From contig OX597823.1 of assembly GCA_951406725.2 (NCBI GenBank), positions 41,292,001 to 41,356,000 on the forward strand: DNA of 64,000 nt, written 5' to 3'. The position numbers were made by a program, and so were the translations under genes. The notes beneath the pieces are model-generated. The model was not told the DNA's origin, searched no databases, and saw nothing but the letters and a program-made list of their open reading frames with translations. This DNA is from Octopus vulgaris. Lineage: Eukaryota. Of the stretch, positions 39,590-52,474 are shown piece after piece. How positions within the stretch are numbered: position 1 is the first letter of the stretch; every line of letters begins with the position of its first letter.

Positions 39590-39822
39590 ACCTCACTCAG
39601 TTGAGATTCTTTTTTTGTGAGTACTCTGTGACATCGTTGTTGCTGATGCCATCAGAAAAGCTCTCAATACTCTATAAGGATGATGTTAGGAAGAGAAACC
39701 AGCTGTAGAAAACTTGCCAAAGCAGATATTGCAATTCAGCACAGAACCCTGGCTCATAAATTCCTGTTGAACATTCCGACCCATGCTAGCATGGAAAAAG
39801 GAACATTAAATGATGACAATGA
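39590..39822 (+). mobile_element. RTE LINE 3' UTR relic
   Basis: ccagctgtagaaaac..cccatgctagcatggaaaaaggaacattaaatgatga. Confidence 0.65.
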
Positions 39823-39897
39823 TCACACACACATACACAAATATACAGGTACATACATAAACATAGATATATATGTATATACATGTATTCACACATG

Positions 39898-39931
<34 letters not shown>

Positions 39932-39939
39932 AAGAAAAG

Positions 39940-39975
<36 letters not shown>

Positions 39976-39978
<3 letters not shown>

Positions 39979-40280
39979 CGGGAAGCTTTATGAAAATAGA
40001 CAAAAGACGAAGGCAGGTGGAAAACAAACGAACAATTGTATTAGTATGGCGCTCAGGAAATATAAATAAAACAAGTCTTTAACGTTTCGAGCCTACGCTC
40101 TTCAACAGAAAGATACACAGAGAGAAAAAAAAAACAGAAAGAAGGAGAGAAAAAAATGCGTGCAGTAACTAACGAATCAACATGGCGATCTGATTTCGGC
40201 CAGAGGTCAAAGATCAAACATGAGACGCGAGAGCGAAATAAGGGGAGATAATAGGGTTGATAATAGGGTTGAAGGACCAG
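39976..40280 (-). mobile_element. CpG-retaining (young) Penelope-like terminal segment with hammerhead-like fold
   Basis: The minus strand of 40076-40113 reads tcttt-ctgttgaa-gagc(gtag)gctc-gaaac-gtt-aaaga; begins at a (TA)n tract. The class is inferred. Confidence 0.45.
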
Positions 40281-40281
40281 C

Positions 40282-40630
40282 TATTAGTGCATAGGAGGGG
40301 TCTGGACGTGTGTATGTATAGGGTTGGTGTATGTATTAGTATGTATTAGTATGTATAAGGGTGTGTGTGTGTGTGTGTGTATGAGAGAGTATTAGTGCGT
40401 AGGATAGGTCTGGACGTGCGTATGTATGGGGTTGGTGTATGTTTTAGTTTGTATTAGTATGTATTAGTACGTATTAGTATGTATAAGTGTGTGTGTGTGT
40501 GTGTATGAGAGAGTATAAGTGCATATGAGGGGTCTGGACGTGTGTATGTATAGGGTTGGTGTATGTATTAGTATGTATTAGTATGTATTAGTACGTATTA
40601 GTATGTATTAGTTGGTGTATGTATTAGTAT
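40282..40630. repeat. Three ~110-130 bp tandem units with nested 10-bp (tattagtatg)n
   Basis: ggtctggacgtg..gggttggtgtatg occurs three times. Confidence 0.85.
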
Positions 40631-40675
40631 GGCACATCATATATGATGTGATGTGTAAAGTCGTGTAGTGTAGTG

Positions 40676-40792
40676 AGGAGAAGAGGAGGAGGGGGAAGAG
40701 GGGGAGAAGGGGAGGGGAAGAAGAGGGGGGAGGAGAGGGGGAAGAGGAGAGGATGGGGGGGAGAAGGGAGGGGAGGAGGAGGGGGAGGAAGA
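40676..40792 (+). repeat. G-rich polypurine low-complexity tract
   Basis: About 115 nt of almost only G and A with many GGG runs. Confidence 0.9.
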
Positions 40793-41156
40793 CTGCAGCC
40801 ATGCTGGGATACCATCTTGAAGGGTTTTAATTGAATAAGTCAACCCTAGAACTTATCTTTTTAAAGCCTATTATTTGTTCTGCTGTTCTCTGTTGTCAAA
40901 GTGCTTAGTTATGGGGATGTAAACACACAAATATTGGTTGTCAAGTGGTGGTAGGGGATAAATGCAAACACACATGTGTGCGCACATGCACACACTCACA
41001 CACATCTACAATGGGTTTCTTTCAGTTTCCATCAACCAAATCCACTCACAAGGCTTTGGTCAGTCCAGAGCTATGGAAGTCACTTGTCCAAAGTGCCTTG
41101 CAGTGGGATGGAACCCAGAATCATATAGTTGGAAAACAAACTTCTTACCACACAAC
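40793..41156 (-). mobile_element. SINE family A, diverged
   Basis: ttctttcagtttccatcaaccaaatccactcacaaggctttgg..cttaccacac. Confidence 0.8.
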
Positions 41157-41282
41157 TATTGCTGCTAACATAATGAACATGTATAGACATCTACACTACC
41201 CTTATATATTTTATGTGTGTGTTTAAAATGTTTGTTTTTCTCTTTAGTTTATCCTGACTAGAAAATATCCCTGTTAGTTTAA

Positions 41283-41503
41283 CCCTTTAGTGTTCACATT
41301 ATTCTGCCAAAATTAATGCTTTTTTATCCATATTGTTTTGAACTAATCATGCATTATCTTGTAGCTTTGAGATTTTGATGAGGTAGCTCTTAACTTTTAA
41401 AACGATATTGTAGGGTTGGTGTGAGAGACCAGATCTGGCCAGTTTGAACATAAAACAGGCAGAATAATTTTGGCCCGATATGGCCGGTTTAAATGCTAAA
41501 GGG
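41283..41503. mobile_element. piggyBac-type MITE, 221 bp, intact termini
   Basis: TTAA|ccctttag ... ctaaaggg|TTAA: TTAA target-site duplication and CCC/GGG terminal inverted repeats. Confidence 0.9.
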
Positions 41504-42502
41504 TTAAGCTATATGATAATCATATAGATTCAGATTTATAAATCTAATATCTTCCTCTTCCTTCATCTCGGCAGAACCACAGGCTGACAATACATCGTAT
41601 TGTTAATCAATTGATATTAAAGAGGTTTTATGTTTCCCAGATTTGCAGATGCTTGTTATAAACTTGACTTTCTTAAAGGGTTTTGATGTATGTTCTTGTA
41701 TAAAAATATATGCATGAATTTGATTATGTTTATGTAAAAAAAAAAACCCCCAAAAAACAAAAAAATGGTGCTGTATAAATTTGAATTAAACAAAACTAAA
41801 ACCAAGTCTTCACAATTTTACAACTCTTAATGAACTTGCTTATCTTTCGGCACCAGATTAGTTTGTGTGAATAACCTTAATTTGTTGCTAGCATTACTCT
41901 CTGATGAAATAATTCGGCAAAAATTCTTTAAATCACTGTCTTTACTTCATCAGCTATTGAACAGCTAAACTGATTTGATTTATCTCTGTAAAATGAAAAT
42001 TAATGCTGCTTTTAAATTGTCTTAACTCGGATTCAATATTTGATTGGATAATTTTGCAGTATGTTTGATGATCTATTAGTGCAGTGAAACTAATGGGATT
42101 TTCATATCATTAGCTTATTACTACCATTGCTCTATATTTCAGCATTATCAGTATTTTTTTTTCCTAATTCATTAATGAGTTTTAAAAATACTTGCTTCTA
42201 TATTGAAAGGATGGGTTCACTGCTAAGTGAATACATGTTGTTGTTGCATGTCTTTTCACAGCATACTAGTGTTTCACTAACCAGCTAGTTACCATTTGTT
42301 AGGGTCATCTATTTTCAGTTTATTGTAGCTAGGTATGTTATAGTTATATACTCTCCTGCATTTTTTTTTCTTTCACCATTTCCATATTGATATTGGAGAA
42401 ATAATACTTTGATAATATGGTATGGAGACTTATTTTTCTAGAAGAGAGAAACAGAGTTTTACTTCTTTTAGATGTCACCATTTTGTAGAGAAATAATGTA
42501 CC

Positions 42503-42900
42503 ATCATCATCATCATCATCATTTAACTTCCATTTCCATGGTGGCTTGGGTTAGACAGTTTGACTGGAACTAGTAAACTGGAGAGCTGCACCAGGCTCCA
42601 GTCTGTTTTGGCTTGGTTTCTATGACTGGATGCCTTTCTTAATGCCAACCACTTCATAGAGTATACTGGGGTCTTTTATGCATCACTGGAATGGGTGCCT
42701 TTTATTTGTCAGCAGCACTGGCTACGACTACTATTTTACTTAGCTTGATATGTCTTCTCATGCACAGCAAATCCCTAAATGTTCCAGTCATCATCACCTC
42801 TGTGGAACTCAGCATCCAGAGAGCATATTTCACCACCTTGTTACAAGTCTTCCTTGGTCTGCCTCTTTGACAAATTCTCTTCACAGTTAGAGATCAGAAA
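42503..42900 (-). mobile_element. RTE LINE 3' fragment (ORF2 end plus UTR)
   Basis: Minus ORF RGRPRKTCNKVVKYAL matches RGRPRKTWDEVVKHDL; (GAT)n tail. Confidence 0.8.
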
Positions 42901-42982
42901 TTTTTTTATACCATCCACAAATTTGTAAAACATCTTTCCTGATTGTACTTTATCGAAATGGATTTATAAAGATATTATGTGC

Positions 42983-43378
42983 AGGCATGTTTGTATTGTT
43001 GAGTGGTTAAGAAGCTCACTTTGCAACCAAATTTTCATGTTTATTCCCACCACATGGGCAAATGTCTTCTATTATAGTCCTGGGTTAAACAATGCTTGTG
43101 AGGGAATTTGGTAGATAGAAACTGTGTGAAAGCCCATCATGCGTATGTATGTGTGGGCCTGTGTCTATGTGTGTGTGTGTGTCTTTGTCATTTAACCACC
43201 ACTTGACAACCAATTTGCCAAGTTCGCAATTTAATGAGTTGGCAAAAGAGACTGATAGAATAAGTACCAGATTTAAACAAAATAAAAAATACTTCTAGAG
43301 TCGATTTGATCAACTAAAATACTTCAAAGTAATGCTGCAGCATGGCTGTAGTCTAATGACTGAAACAAGTAAAAGATA
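42983..43378 (+). mobile_element. SINE family A, diverged full length
   Basis: Head plus tail cagcatggctgtagtctaatgactgaaacaagtaaaaga. Confidence 0.75.
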
Positions 43379-43859
43379 TAGTGGTTAGATTTTTTTTTAT
43401 TTATCTTTAACTGATCCTGTTTGTAAGCGATGGCTATACAGGAGTACTGTTAACCATTGACTAGATATTAAAGTAACAAACTTATTGGTACCACTGACAG
43501 GAAGTGTTGTGTCATATAAGATGGTATTATAGTCCCATCCTTGCTAGCACAGAAGGTGGACATTAAATGATGATGATGATGATGATGCTAATGATGAAGA
43601 GATCAAGTAGCAATGTGGAGAAAAAGAAAGATACTATCAATAATACGATGAAATCTAATTCAGAATCAACATAAATCAAAGAGTAGAATTATTGTCACCA
43701 TCTCAAGATATATTTATTTAGATTGTCGCATTGTTATTGCTGTCTTATCTTGAATATTCATATAGAATGACATGAAGGAGTGGAATTAAATGATCTGGAA
43801 ACTTAAATAATGGAACCAACGAAGTGCAATGATTGAGGACCTAAGTTGTGGAGTGGTTA

Positions 43860-44190
43860 ACTTATCATTAGTTGAAGCCTTTTTCATTGCTGTTGTTTTG
43901 AACCATCAAGTAAGATAAGGAAACTTTCTCAATCACAGAACCCTTCTTGAGTAAGCTTGGCTGTTTACATTGTCATTGGTATTTCCCAGAAGAGATTTTG
44001 TTATTAGGTAGTTAATAGTGTATTAGATACACTGAAATATAAGGGATATGGCTGTTGCGAGTTCTGGGCTTAGATAAATTTGGCTGCCAATCCCTGTTAA
44101 GGTCCCCAGGATCATGAGCTATATGTTTGTCAGCAGGGAGATGAATGTTATAGCAGTGATTTTGGATATATTTCCATTTTGTTGGTGCCA
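43860..44190 (-). mobile_element. Possible ancient CR1/Jockey-type LINE ORF2 relic
   Basis: Minus-strand SPELATAISLIFQ ... KKGS weakly resembles the pre-RT region of CR1-group LINEs. Confidence 0.25.
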
Positions 44191-44294
44191 TAAATGATTA
44201 CAGGTCTCTCAATGTCTGCCCTCATAATGCCACCTCCCCACTCTCAGACACTCCTTCACTTAGTTGTATATATTATTTTCCTTGTACATTTTCT

Positions 44295-44505
44295 ATCTTG
44301 CTAGTTACTTGACAACCTCATTGGTGCAGGTGGCACAAAAAAAGCACCCAATATATATTGTAAAAGGGTTGGCATTAGGAAAGGCACCCAGTCATGGAAA
44401 TCATGTCGAATCTAACACTGGAGCTTAGTGCACCCCTGTGGCTTACCAGATTGTCAAATCCTCGAGTCCATGCCAATATGGAGATGATAATGAAGATGAT
44501 GATGG
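44295..44505 (+). mobile_element. RTE LINE 3' UTR relic
   Basis: gtgcaggtggcacaaaaaaagcaccc..gttggcattaggaaaggcacccag..gatgatgat. Confidence 0.65.
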
Positions 44506-45198
44506 TATTAGTGAATTGTTTATAACACATCTATATTAATGAGTATAACAAGTTGTGTTTGTTTCTGTTTGTCTGTGTGCGTTTACAGTTCTGTATTTAA
44601 GAGATGAGGAATTATGTACATTATTTACATTTGACGGATATTTGCACGTGTGTGTGTGTGTGTATTTTTCTTTCATAGAAATGTTATGGTAAAAGCATTA
44701 TATCCCTTATTTCGTTGAAACTATATGACAAATACTTATGTTTTTATTTGTTTTCCTAAACCCATAAAAAATATAGGAAATATTCTATCACTACAGAAAC
44801 CATCCTTTGTGTACATTATTTTCTTATCTTTAAATATCATTTTCCTTGTCATTAAACATCTTTGGCCAAGAACATTTTTCATCAGTCTCCTTACATCTGT
44901 ATCACAGTAGATAGGGTAGACAATTAAAGTTTAAGCCCACAATAGACTGTTAACAGATATACTTAAGCATTGTTAAATGCTGTAGTGCATTCCAGTAACT
45001 TTTGCCTTTATATACACATATGTTATGGGTAAAGAAAGACCGCTGGAAAGAAAAAATACAGAAGAGAGACAGATAAAGGTGATATTCACAACTATTCACC
45101 AAAAGAAAAAAAGATGTATGGCAACAGAGGGAAGACAGGAAAATGGAGAAAAAAGTGAAGAGTTGGCAATTTGAAAATCCTAATGTAAATGAAAGAAA

Positions 45199-45641
45199 GC
45201 AATTGAAAAAGGGATATGTTGTAAAGCTATTGTGAAATTTAAATAAGGTTAATGGGCTTTGCAATGGAACAAGAATTCCAATAACCTATATATATGTGAC
45301 TGTGTGTTTGGAGGCGACATTGTTACAAAAGCTGAACATTATTGAAAACATGTCATTGTGCCAAGAATTACTCTGAGACCTTCTGACACCACTCTGCCAT
45401 TCACTGTTATGGGTTTGCAGTATGTTTCCAGTTTGAGTGGCTTTCACAGTGACAGTGAAGAAATCTCACAATCAATCTTAGAGTAAAATAGATCTGTTCT
45501 TCTTTCCAACTGATTTATCTGTGTATAGAGAATTGTATGATGCTCTGTCGTACTTCTGTCAAGAATTACAGGAGGTAATGCAGATATGGTGACAGTGTTG
45601 TAAAATAATTCGCCAACATTGTGTACACTGAAGTCTTGTAA
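45199..45641 (+). pseudogene. Second, older Helitron PIF1 helicase C-terminal relic
   Basis: QLKKGYVVKLL*NLNKVNGLCNGTRI..HVIVPRITLRPSDTTLPF..FPV*VAFTVTVKKSHNQS..ELYDALS..NIVYTEVL*. Confidence 0.8.
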
Positions 45642-46209
45642 TGTTAAAACATTCTTTTTAACTTTTATATCATCTGGATACTTAAGATGCATACTTGTAT
45701 GTTAGTTTTTATCTATTTTTTTATCTGGGTTTTCGTTAATCCTCATCATTTATCATCAAGTACCTCAGGGTTGGACAGATTTCAAGTTTAAAAACAAAAT
45801 CAATTTTGATGATGACAATTAATCAAGTGTAAATAGTATTAGATCTGATAACATCACACATGGTGATGTTGGTGTTAGTTTCATAAAAGTGTGGTGTCAG
45901 TATAAGAATACTTATTTGTCCTTCAAATTTATTTCATTGGCAGAAGTGGAAACCTTATATATGTGTTGTTGTGATGAGATATTGGCAAACCTGGTGATGG
46001 TGCTAAGGAAGCTGAAAAAACACCTTTGTACAAAACATCCATATTTAAGTAAGAAACCTGTTGAATATTTTAGAAGGTTTATGACTGATCAAACACACTG
46101 AACTAAGCACCTGATCAACTCTGCAACTAATTTGGACAAAACTCAAGAAACAAGCTATGTTGTTGCAGAAATTATAGCAAAAAGTTAAAATCTCACTCAA
46201 TTGCCAAGT

Positions 46210-46445
46210 CAGTAATTTTATCATCGTTATCATTTTTTAACATCCACTTTTCCATGCTGACATGTTTTTGGTGCAATTTGTAGAGGTAGATCTTCCCATT
46301 GCTAGTCCTCACCAGTTTCCAAGCAAGATAATATTCCCCATGGCCATGCATGTTTTTCCTGGCAAACTGGAGACAAACATTATCTGTATGATGGTGCTTA
46401 CTTATGACCATCATGTAATGTTGTGATAAGAGTACACACCTACAT

Positions 46446-46484
<39 letters not shown>

Positions 46485-46658
46485 CATAAACACATGACAG
46501 GCTTCTTTCAGTTTCTAACAACCAGGTCCACTTACAAGGCTCCAGTTTGCTCGAGGCTTTAGTAGAAGATACTTGCTCAAAGTGCATAGCAGTGGGACTA
46601 AACTCAAGACCATAAAGTTGGGAAGCAAGTTTCTTAACATGCAGCCACACCAGCACCT
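46210..46658 (-). mobile_element. SINE family A head with tail type 2
   Basis: Head at 46495-46658, (CA)n, and RTE-like tail ttaacatccacttttccatgc. Confidence 0.75.
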
Positions 46659-46874
46659 ATCAGCTTGATATAAAAATAATAAATATTCTGTTTCGGAACA
46701 AATATAATAAAATATTAAGCAATCCTATTTCAGATAGCTAATAAGTTGGCACATTAAAATTATGTTCCCAACCATTGAGAACCCAGTTGATAACTAGACT
46801 TAAAGAATCTGAATTTAATTTGCTGTTTAGTTGTACATAACTGGAAAAACCCAGCTCCTAGAATTCAATAAGTT

Positions 46875-47252
46875 TGTGTAGTTAAGAAGCTTGGTTCTCA
46901 ATCATGCAGTCTCAGGTTTAGTCCCACTGCAGTTTTCTACTATGGCCCTTGGTCAATCAAAGCATTGTAAGTGGATTTGGTCGACAGAAACTGAAAGAAA
47001 ACCCATTTTATGTGTATGTGTGCATGTGTGTTTGCATGTACTCTTGACTTGACATCATTTAATGATTGTAAATGAGCATCACCGTCATACAAGCAGTGTT
47101 GTTTGTTTCAAGTCTTCCTTGAAAAACCTGGCTGGAAGCAGGTGAGGGTCAGTAACAGGGAGGGCATGTGGCCATAGAAAATCTGCCCCAACAAATTCTA
47201 TTTGGTCCATAGAAGTGTGGAAACGTGGACAATAAATGATGATGAATATGAT
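46875..47252 (+). mobile_element. SINE family A head with tail type 2
   Basis: Head, then caggtgagggtcagtaacagggagggcatgtggccatagaaaatctgcc..gtggacaataaatgatgatg. Confidence 0.75.
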
Positions 47253-48489
47253 GACAATGTTTGTGATAGAAACATAGAATAAGTTTTATTTTGTAAAGTA
47301 AGCCACTCTCAGAAATAGCAAAAAAAAGCAAGTATATTTTTTATATTGTCAATAGTTATACTTTTTCTTATGCTTTGTTATGGAAAGCAAACTCCACTCT
47401 CTAGTGCAAATGGTGCATCTGTAGAACATGAAGACTAAGAAGATCAGCATTTGTGAATCAGAAGAATCTTGCAATTATTGTTATACACTGTTTTCTCCAG
47501 AAGTAGCTCTCCTTAAAAAATCATTAATCTCTGAATTAAAAAATACTGGATGAGACTGTTAGAATATTTAATAAACACAGGAGTTCACTATTGAAATCAA
47601 GTTTTTGTTCTATATTCTGTCCTTGCATGGAAGTTACTGACTCATTTTTTTCCTTATTTCACAAATAGAAGTGAGCTGGATATCTTGAGGGATGTTTTTT
47701 TGATTTGATAAAGTGAAAAAATAAATTTTAACTCTTTTTTTTTTCTTTTTCTGATAATTAAAGATGTATGAACAAACTGTCTTGGTTAGTGATGAGACAT
47801 GGTGAGATAAAACTACATTCTAAGTACCAAATACACTTAACAAGAATATTTTGGGAAAGAATGAAAATATTCTTACATTCTATTCATAAAGTGAACTCAT
47901 TTAAGATAAAAAGTAATATTGTGCTGAGCTAAAATGGAAAGAGAACAAAGCTGAAATGCTTGAACTGACAGAATTTTCACAAATTTGATAAGTTTTTTTT
48001 TATGAATTAATTCTCTCAAGTTTGTGTCTGCAAAGTAAAAATATTAAAATGTATTTTACATCACTCGATATACATTCCATGGTTTGGGTGAAAGATCCAT
48101 ATGTGTTAAATATGAGTCAAGCAATTTTAACTGTTTCTTAGGAAAATTACAAAAGTTAGAAAAGGTAGAGGACAGAAGCTGAAATACACATCAACAGCCA
48201 TAGTTTCATTGGAGTTAACTCCCCACCAGACTACATTCTACTATCACAATGAAAACTCTTAAATTAGTCCTCCCTTTCTCAACTGAATAACATTGCGAAT
48301 TAGGGTGAATTAAGATTAGAATGGAGAACAAGTGTTGGTTGTCTGTTCAAACAATGAAAGCGGACTTGAAATATATGCTTGCTAACCATCAAACCTCAAA
48401 CATGAGACACCCTGAGATATCGACACTTACAAGTCACCCTCCTATCTTTTGCTACCAGCTAAATTAAGGCATCTTCATTCTCTTTCTTT

Positions 48490-48888
48490 TACTCTCTTTT
48501 ACTTGTTTCAGTCATTTGACTGCAGCCATGCTGGGGCACCGCCTTTAGCCGAGCAAATCGACCCCAGGACTTATTCTTTGTAAGCCCAGTACTTATTCTA
48601 TCAGTCTCTTTTGCCGAACCGCTAAGTAACGAGGACATAAACACACCAGCATCGGTTGTCAAGCAATGCTAAGGGGACAAACACAGACACACAAACATAC
48701 ACACACATATGTATACATATATACGACGGGCTTCTTTCAGTTTCCGTCTACCAAATCCACTCACAAGGCATTGGTCGGCCTGGGGCTATAGCAGAAGACA
48801 CTTGCCCAAGATGCCACGCAGTAGGACTGAACCCGGAACCATGTGGTTGGTTAGCAAGCTACTTACCACACAGCCACTCCTGCGCCTA
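48490..48888 (-). mobile_element. SINE family A, full length, youngest-looking copy
   Basis: Complete reverse complement with many CpGs retained. Confidence 0.92.
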
Positions 48889-49742
48889 TTGTTCATTTAA
48901 ATATATAATAATATATTTAAGTAAACTTGATTAGCAGATTTATACTTAGTGTAAAAGCATTTGCCATAATTTTGCTTTCGAATCATTGGGAGAGATTCCA
49001 TTTATATGCTGCATTATTTTTTTGAGCTTTACTTTTTTTTTGCGCATTCTGGATTTCCATCAAAGAAGTGGTGATGAAGTTTTTAAAATCATTTGTAGCT
49101 ATGAAGAAGTTTCAACAGAAATAGACAGTGAGGATTTTTTAAACAAAAACTTGGCACTGCAGATATTTTGTAAAAAAAAATACAGTGATTAAGATGCTTT
49201 TGGAAAAAAAAAAGAAAGGAAGAAAAATTACTAACAATGAACTTTGATTTGTTTTTAATGTGTTTTTGTGAGATCGTTTGAAAATTACAAAATTGTGATA
49301 TTACACTAGTTGAAAAAAAAATATCTGGACAAATAAGTTCAGATTATATTATGGTGAACGACAAGTTTCCAACATTTTACCTTGGAGAGGGTTGTTGGAA
49401 TGATTTTTTGATCAGAATAGAGATTTATTTTGATCTAAACAAAATCGCCAATGAAAAATAAAATTAAAATATTTTATTAATAGAATTGGTGGTAAAATGT
49501 TTAAATTGGGTAATGTTGTGATAATGATGAAGAAAATAATTGATGTCATGTTTTGAAGGGGAGAGAAATCTTGTGATGTTGAGAGATAATTTTTTTTCAG
49601 CTATTATCAAAAGAATGGAATTAATGTTACAAATTTAAGGCTAAAAATAAAACAGAAACCAGTAGAATGAAGCTTTGGAAATATAGATTATATGATCAGC
49701 AACAGACTATGGATACTTGAAAAATGTGTCACTGAAAGGTCT

Positions 49743-49988
49743 TTATCTCTTTTGTTACCATATTTCTATTGAAATAAACTTCCTTTGTTTCAATTAATTC
49801 TGAAAATAGTGAAGAATTAAGTAAAATACCTTGCCATTATTAATCTGGTGTTGGAGCATAAATTAACATGAAATTTTGGTGGAAGGTTTTAATTTACATG
49901 CTTAAAACAAAATGTTTGTACCATAGAATTAGGGTTGGTCTCAGGTAGTAGGTTGGTACCAAAAGGGCTAAATTTGCCAAAAGGGTTA
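49743..49988 (-). mobile_element. piggyBac-type MITE family 2 with duplicated terminus
   Basis: ctcttttgttacc ... ggtaccaaaagggctaa, then a second ccaaaagggttaa. Confidence 0.6.
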
Positions 49989-50141
49989 AATTTGACACTG
50001 AAAACTGAGGGGGAAAAAGCATTAATATAATATTGACATTATAGACAGAGATACACAACATGAAATTGATGAGCGACAAAAACTAATGAGATATAGAGAT
50101 TCTTATTGCAGTGTTATGAAATACATCTTTGTTGTCGCTAC

Positions 50142-50465
<324 letters not shown>

Positions 50466-51252
50466 AGACATTTATTATATTACAACTTTCTGACAGTCAT
50501 TGCAGAATGTACTCTAGTTTTTCTTGCATCCGATTATGCTGCAGCCAAGAAAAATACACAACAACATTATTATTATGTAACTCGTACATTGATTTCTACT
50601 TAGAACACATGATGTGATGCAAATGATAATACACATTTCTAGAGCAGAAAATGTTAATAATAACACAATGATGAAAATTTTAGTTATTGCATTTTTAATC
50701 CAGAGATTGGAATGCACTCAGTGTACTACATACATTTACACCCATATTGCTATAAAATCTTTGCACTTCCACTGCGGCATCTATGCAGTTTATGTGCAAA
50801 AGTTTGAGTGCAATCAAAACTAAACTCAGGTGCAAGTTGCATGTAATTTTTTAAAATGCACGTCTGTATTCCTTAGTGGCAGAGTGCAATGCATGCATCT
50901 ATCTCTGTTATAAAAACTTGTATTAAAGTACTTGTTTTCATATAATAAAACTTTTTAAAAAAGCTGATGGTGTTCAATCAGACTTTTAGCACCATATTTT
51001 GTGTTGTATATTGGAAATGGTTGAAAGTCACTGTAATAAATTACATTGATTCATTTTTACCATTTTCTGTTGATCTTTATATATTCACTGCTCAATTCTC
51101 ATTACCATAAATCAACTCATTTCCTGTACACGCTAATGCATATTTATGTATATCTAATTCTGTTGTCTCTCTCTATCTGTCTCTCTATAAATATACACAA
51201 GTATACACACACATGCACACACACACACACGCATGCACACAGGTGCAGACAT

Positions 51253-51412
51253 AGGCACAATTGTGCTTGTGTGGCAAGAAGTTTGCTTCCCAACTATATA
51301 GTTCCAGGTTCAGTCCCATTGCATGGAACCTTGGGCTGGTGTCTTCTACTATACCTTCGTGCCAACCATAGGTTGTGAGTAGATTTACTAGATGGAAACT
51401 GAAAAAGTCTGT

Positions 51413-51462
<50 letters not shown>

Positions 51463-51688
51463 GTAGACTTCTTTCATAACTGTGAATGTCTGTGTTTTTA
51501 CCTCCACTACACCACTTGATAACTGACGTTGGTTTGTTTACATCTGGTAACTTAGCAGTTCAGTTAAAGTGACTGATAGAATAAGTGCCAAGTTTAAAAA
51601 AAGTGTTGGGATCGATTTTTTGACTGAAAATTCTTAAGGGTCATTCCACTGCATGGCCACAGTATGGTGGCCGAAACAAGTAAGGGAT
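51253..51688 (+). mobile_element. SINE family A, full length
   Basis: Head ccaggttcagtcccattgcatgg, (TA)n and tail gcatggccacag..gaaacaagtaa. Confidence 0.8.
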
Positions 51689-52041
51689 AACAGATGCTTA
51701 TATGTGTATTTCTGTGTGTGTGGGTGTGTGTGTAGGCTGTGTGGTAGGAAACTTGCTTCCCAACTATGTGGTTCCAAGTCTCACTGTGTGACATCTTGGG
51801 CAAATATCTTCTAGTATAGCCCCAGGCTATACTAGAAATTGAAAAAAGTCTGTCATGTATATGCACATGCATATGCAATCTGTGAGTGGAACTGTAAAAA
51901 ATGCAAGACTTTTCTCAAGTTCCAAATGTAAATTTGTGTTAACTACATCCCAAAGACAGAGCCTTGTATCTTTGTTGGCAACCATCTCCCTCCTCGTTGG
52001 AATATTTATAATAATTAAAAGATAGAAGAGACATGCATATA

Positions 52042-52428
52042 CAGGCATGGCTGTGTGGTAAGAAGCTTGCTTTCCAAACACATGGTTCCAGGTTAGTTCA
52101 GTCCCACTGCATGGCACTTTGGGCAAGCATCACCTTCTATAGCCTTGGACCAACCAAATCCTTGTGAGTGGGTTTGGTAGACAGAAATTGAAAGAAGCCT
52201 GTTGTATATATATATATCTGTATGTTTGTGTCTGTGTGTCTCCTCCACCACCATTGCTTGGCAGCAGGTGTTGATGTGTTTACATCCCCATAACTTAGCA
52301 GTTCGGCTAAAAAGTCTGATAGAATAAGTACTAGGCTTACAGCTGGGACCAATTTGTTTGACTAAAACCCCTTAAGGTGGTGCTCCAGCTTGGTCACAAT
52401 CAAATGGAACAAATAAAAGAATAAAAGA
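52042..52428 (+). mobile_element. SINE family A, full length
   Basis: caggcatggctgtgtggtaagaagcttgc ... ggtggtgctccagc..caaataaaaga. Confidence 0.85.
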
Positions 52429-52431
52429 AAA

Positions 52432-52472
<41 letters not shown>

Positions 52473-52474
52473 GT

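Larger units (their letters stand above)
45885..48150 (+). mobile_element. hAT (Charlie/Buster-like) transposase relic interrupted by two SINEs
   Basis: BED-finger-like CCCDEILAN..KLKKHLCTKHPYLSKKPVEYF (ORF 45889), IENPVD/TRLKES segment near 46775, HCFL near 47486 and EVSWIS*G (cf. EVRWLSRG) near 47668, in colinear order. Confidence 0.75.

Noticed and set aside
49300-49620. Possible LINE endonuclease relic (DYIMVN)
   Set aside because: Single short motif with no colinear supporting motifs.
49943-49955. let-7-like aggtagtaggttg
   Set aside because: Only a partial match, seed altered (tcagg rather than tgagg), inside a MITE and without a precursor hairpin.
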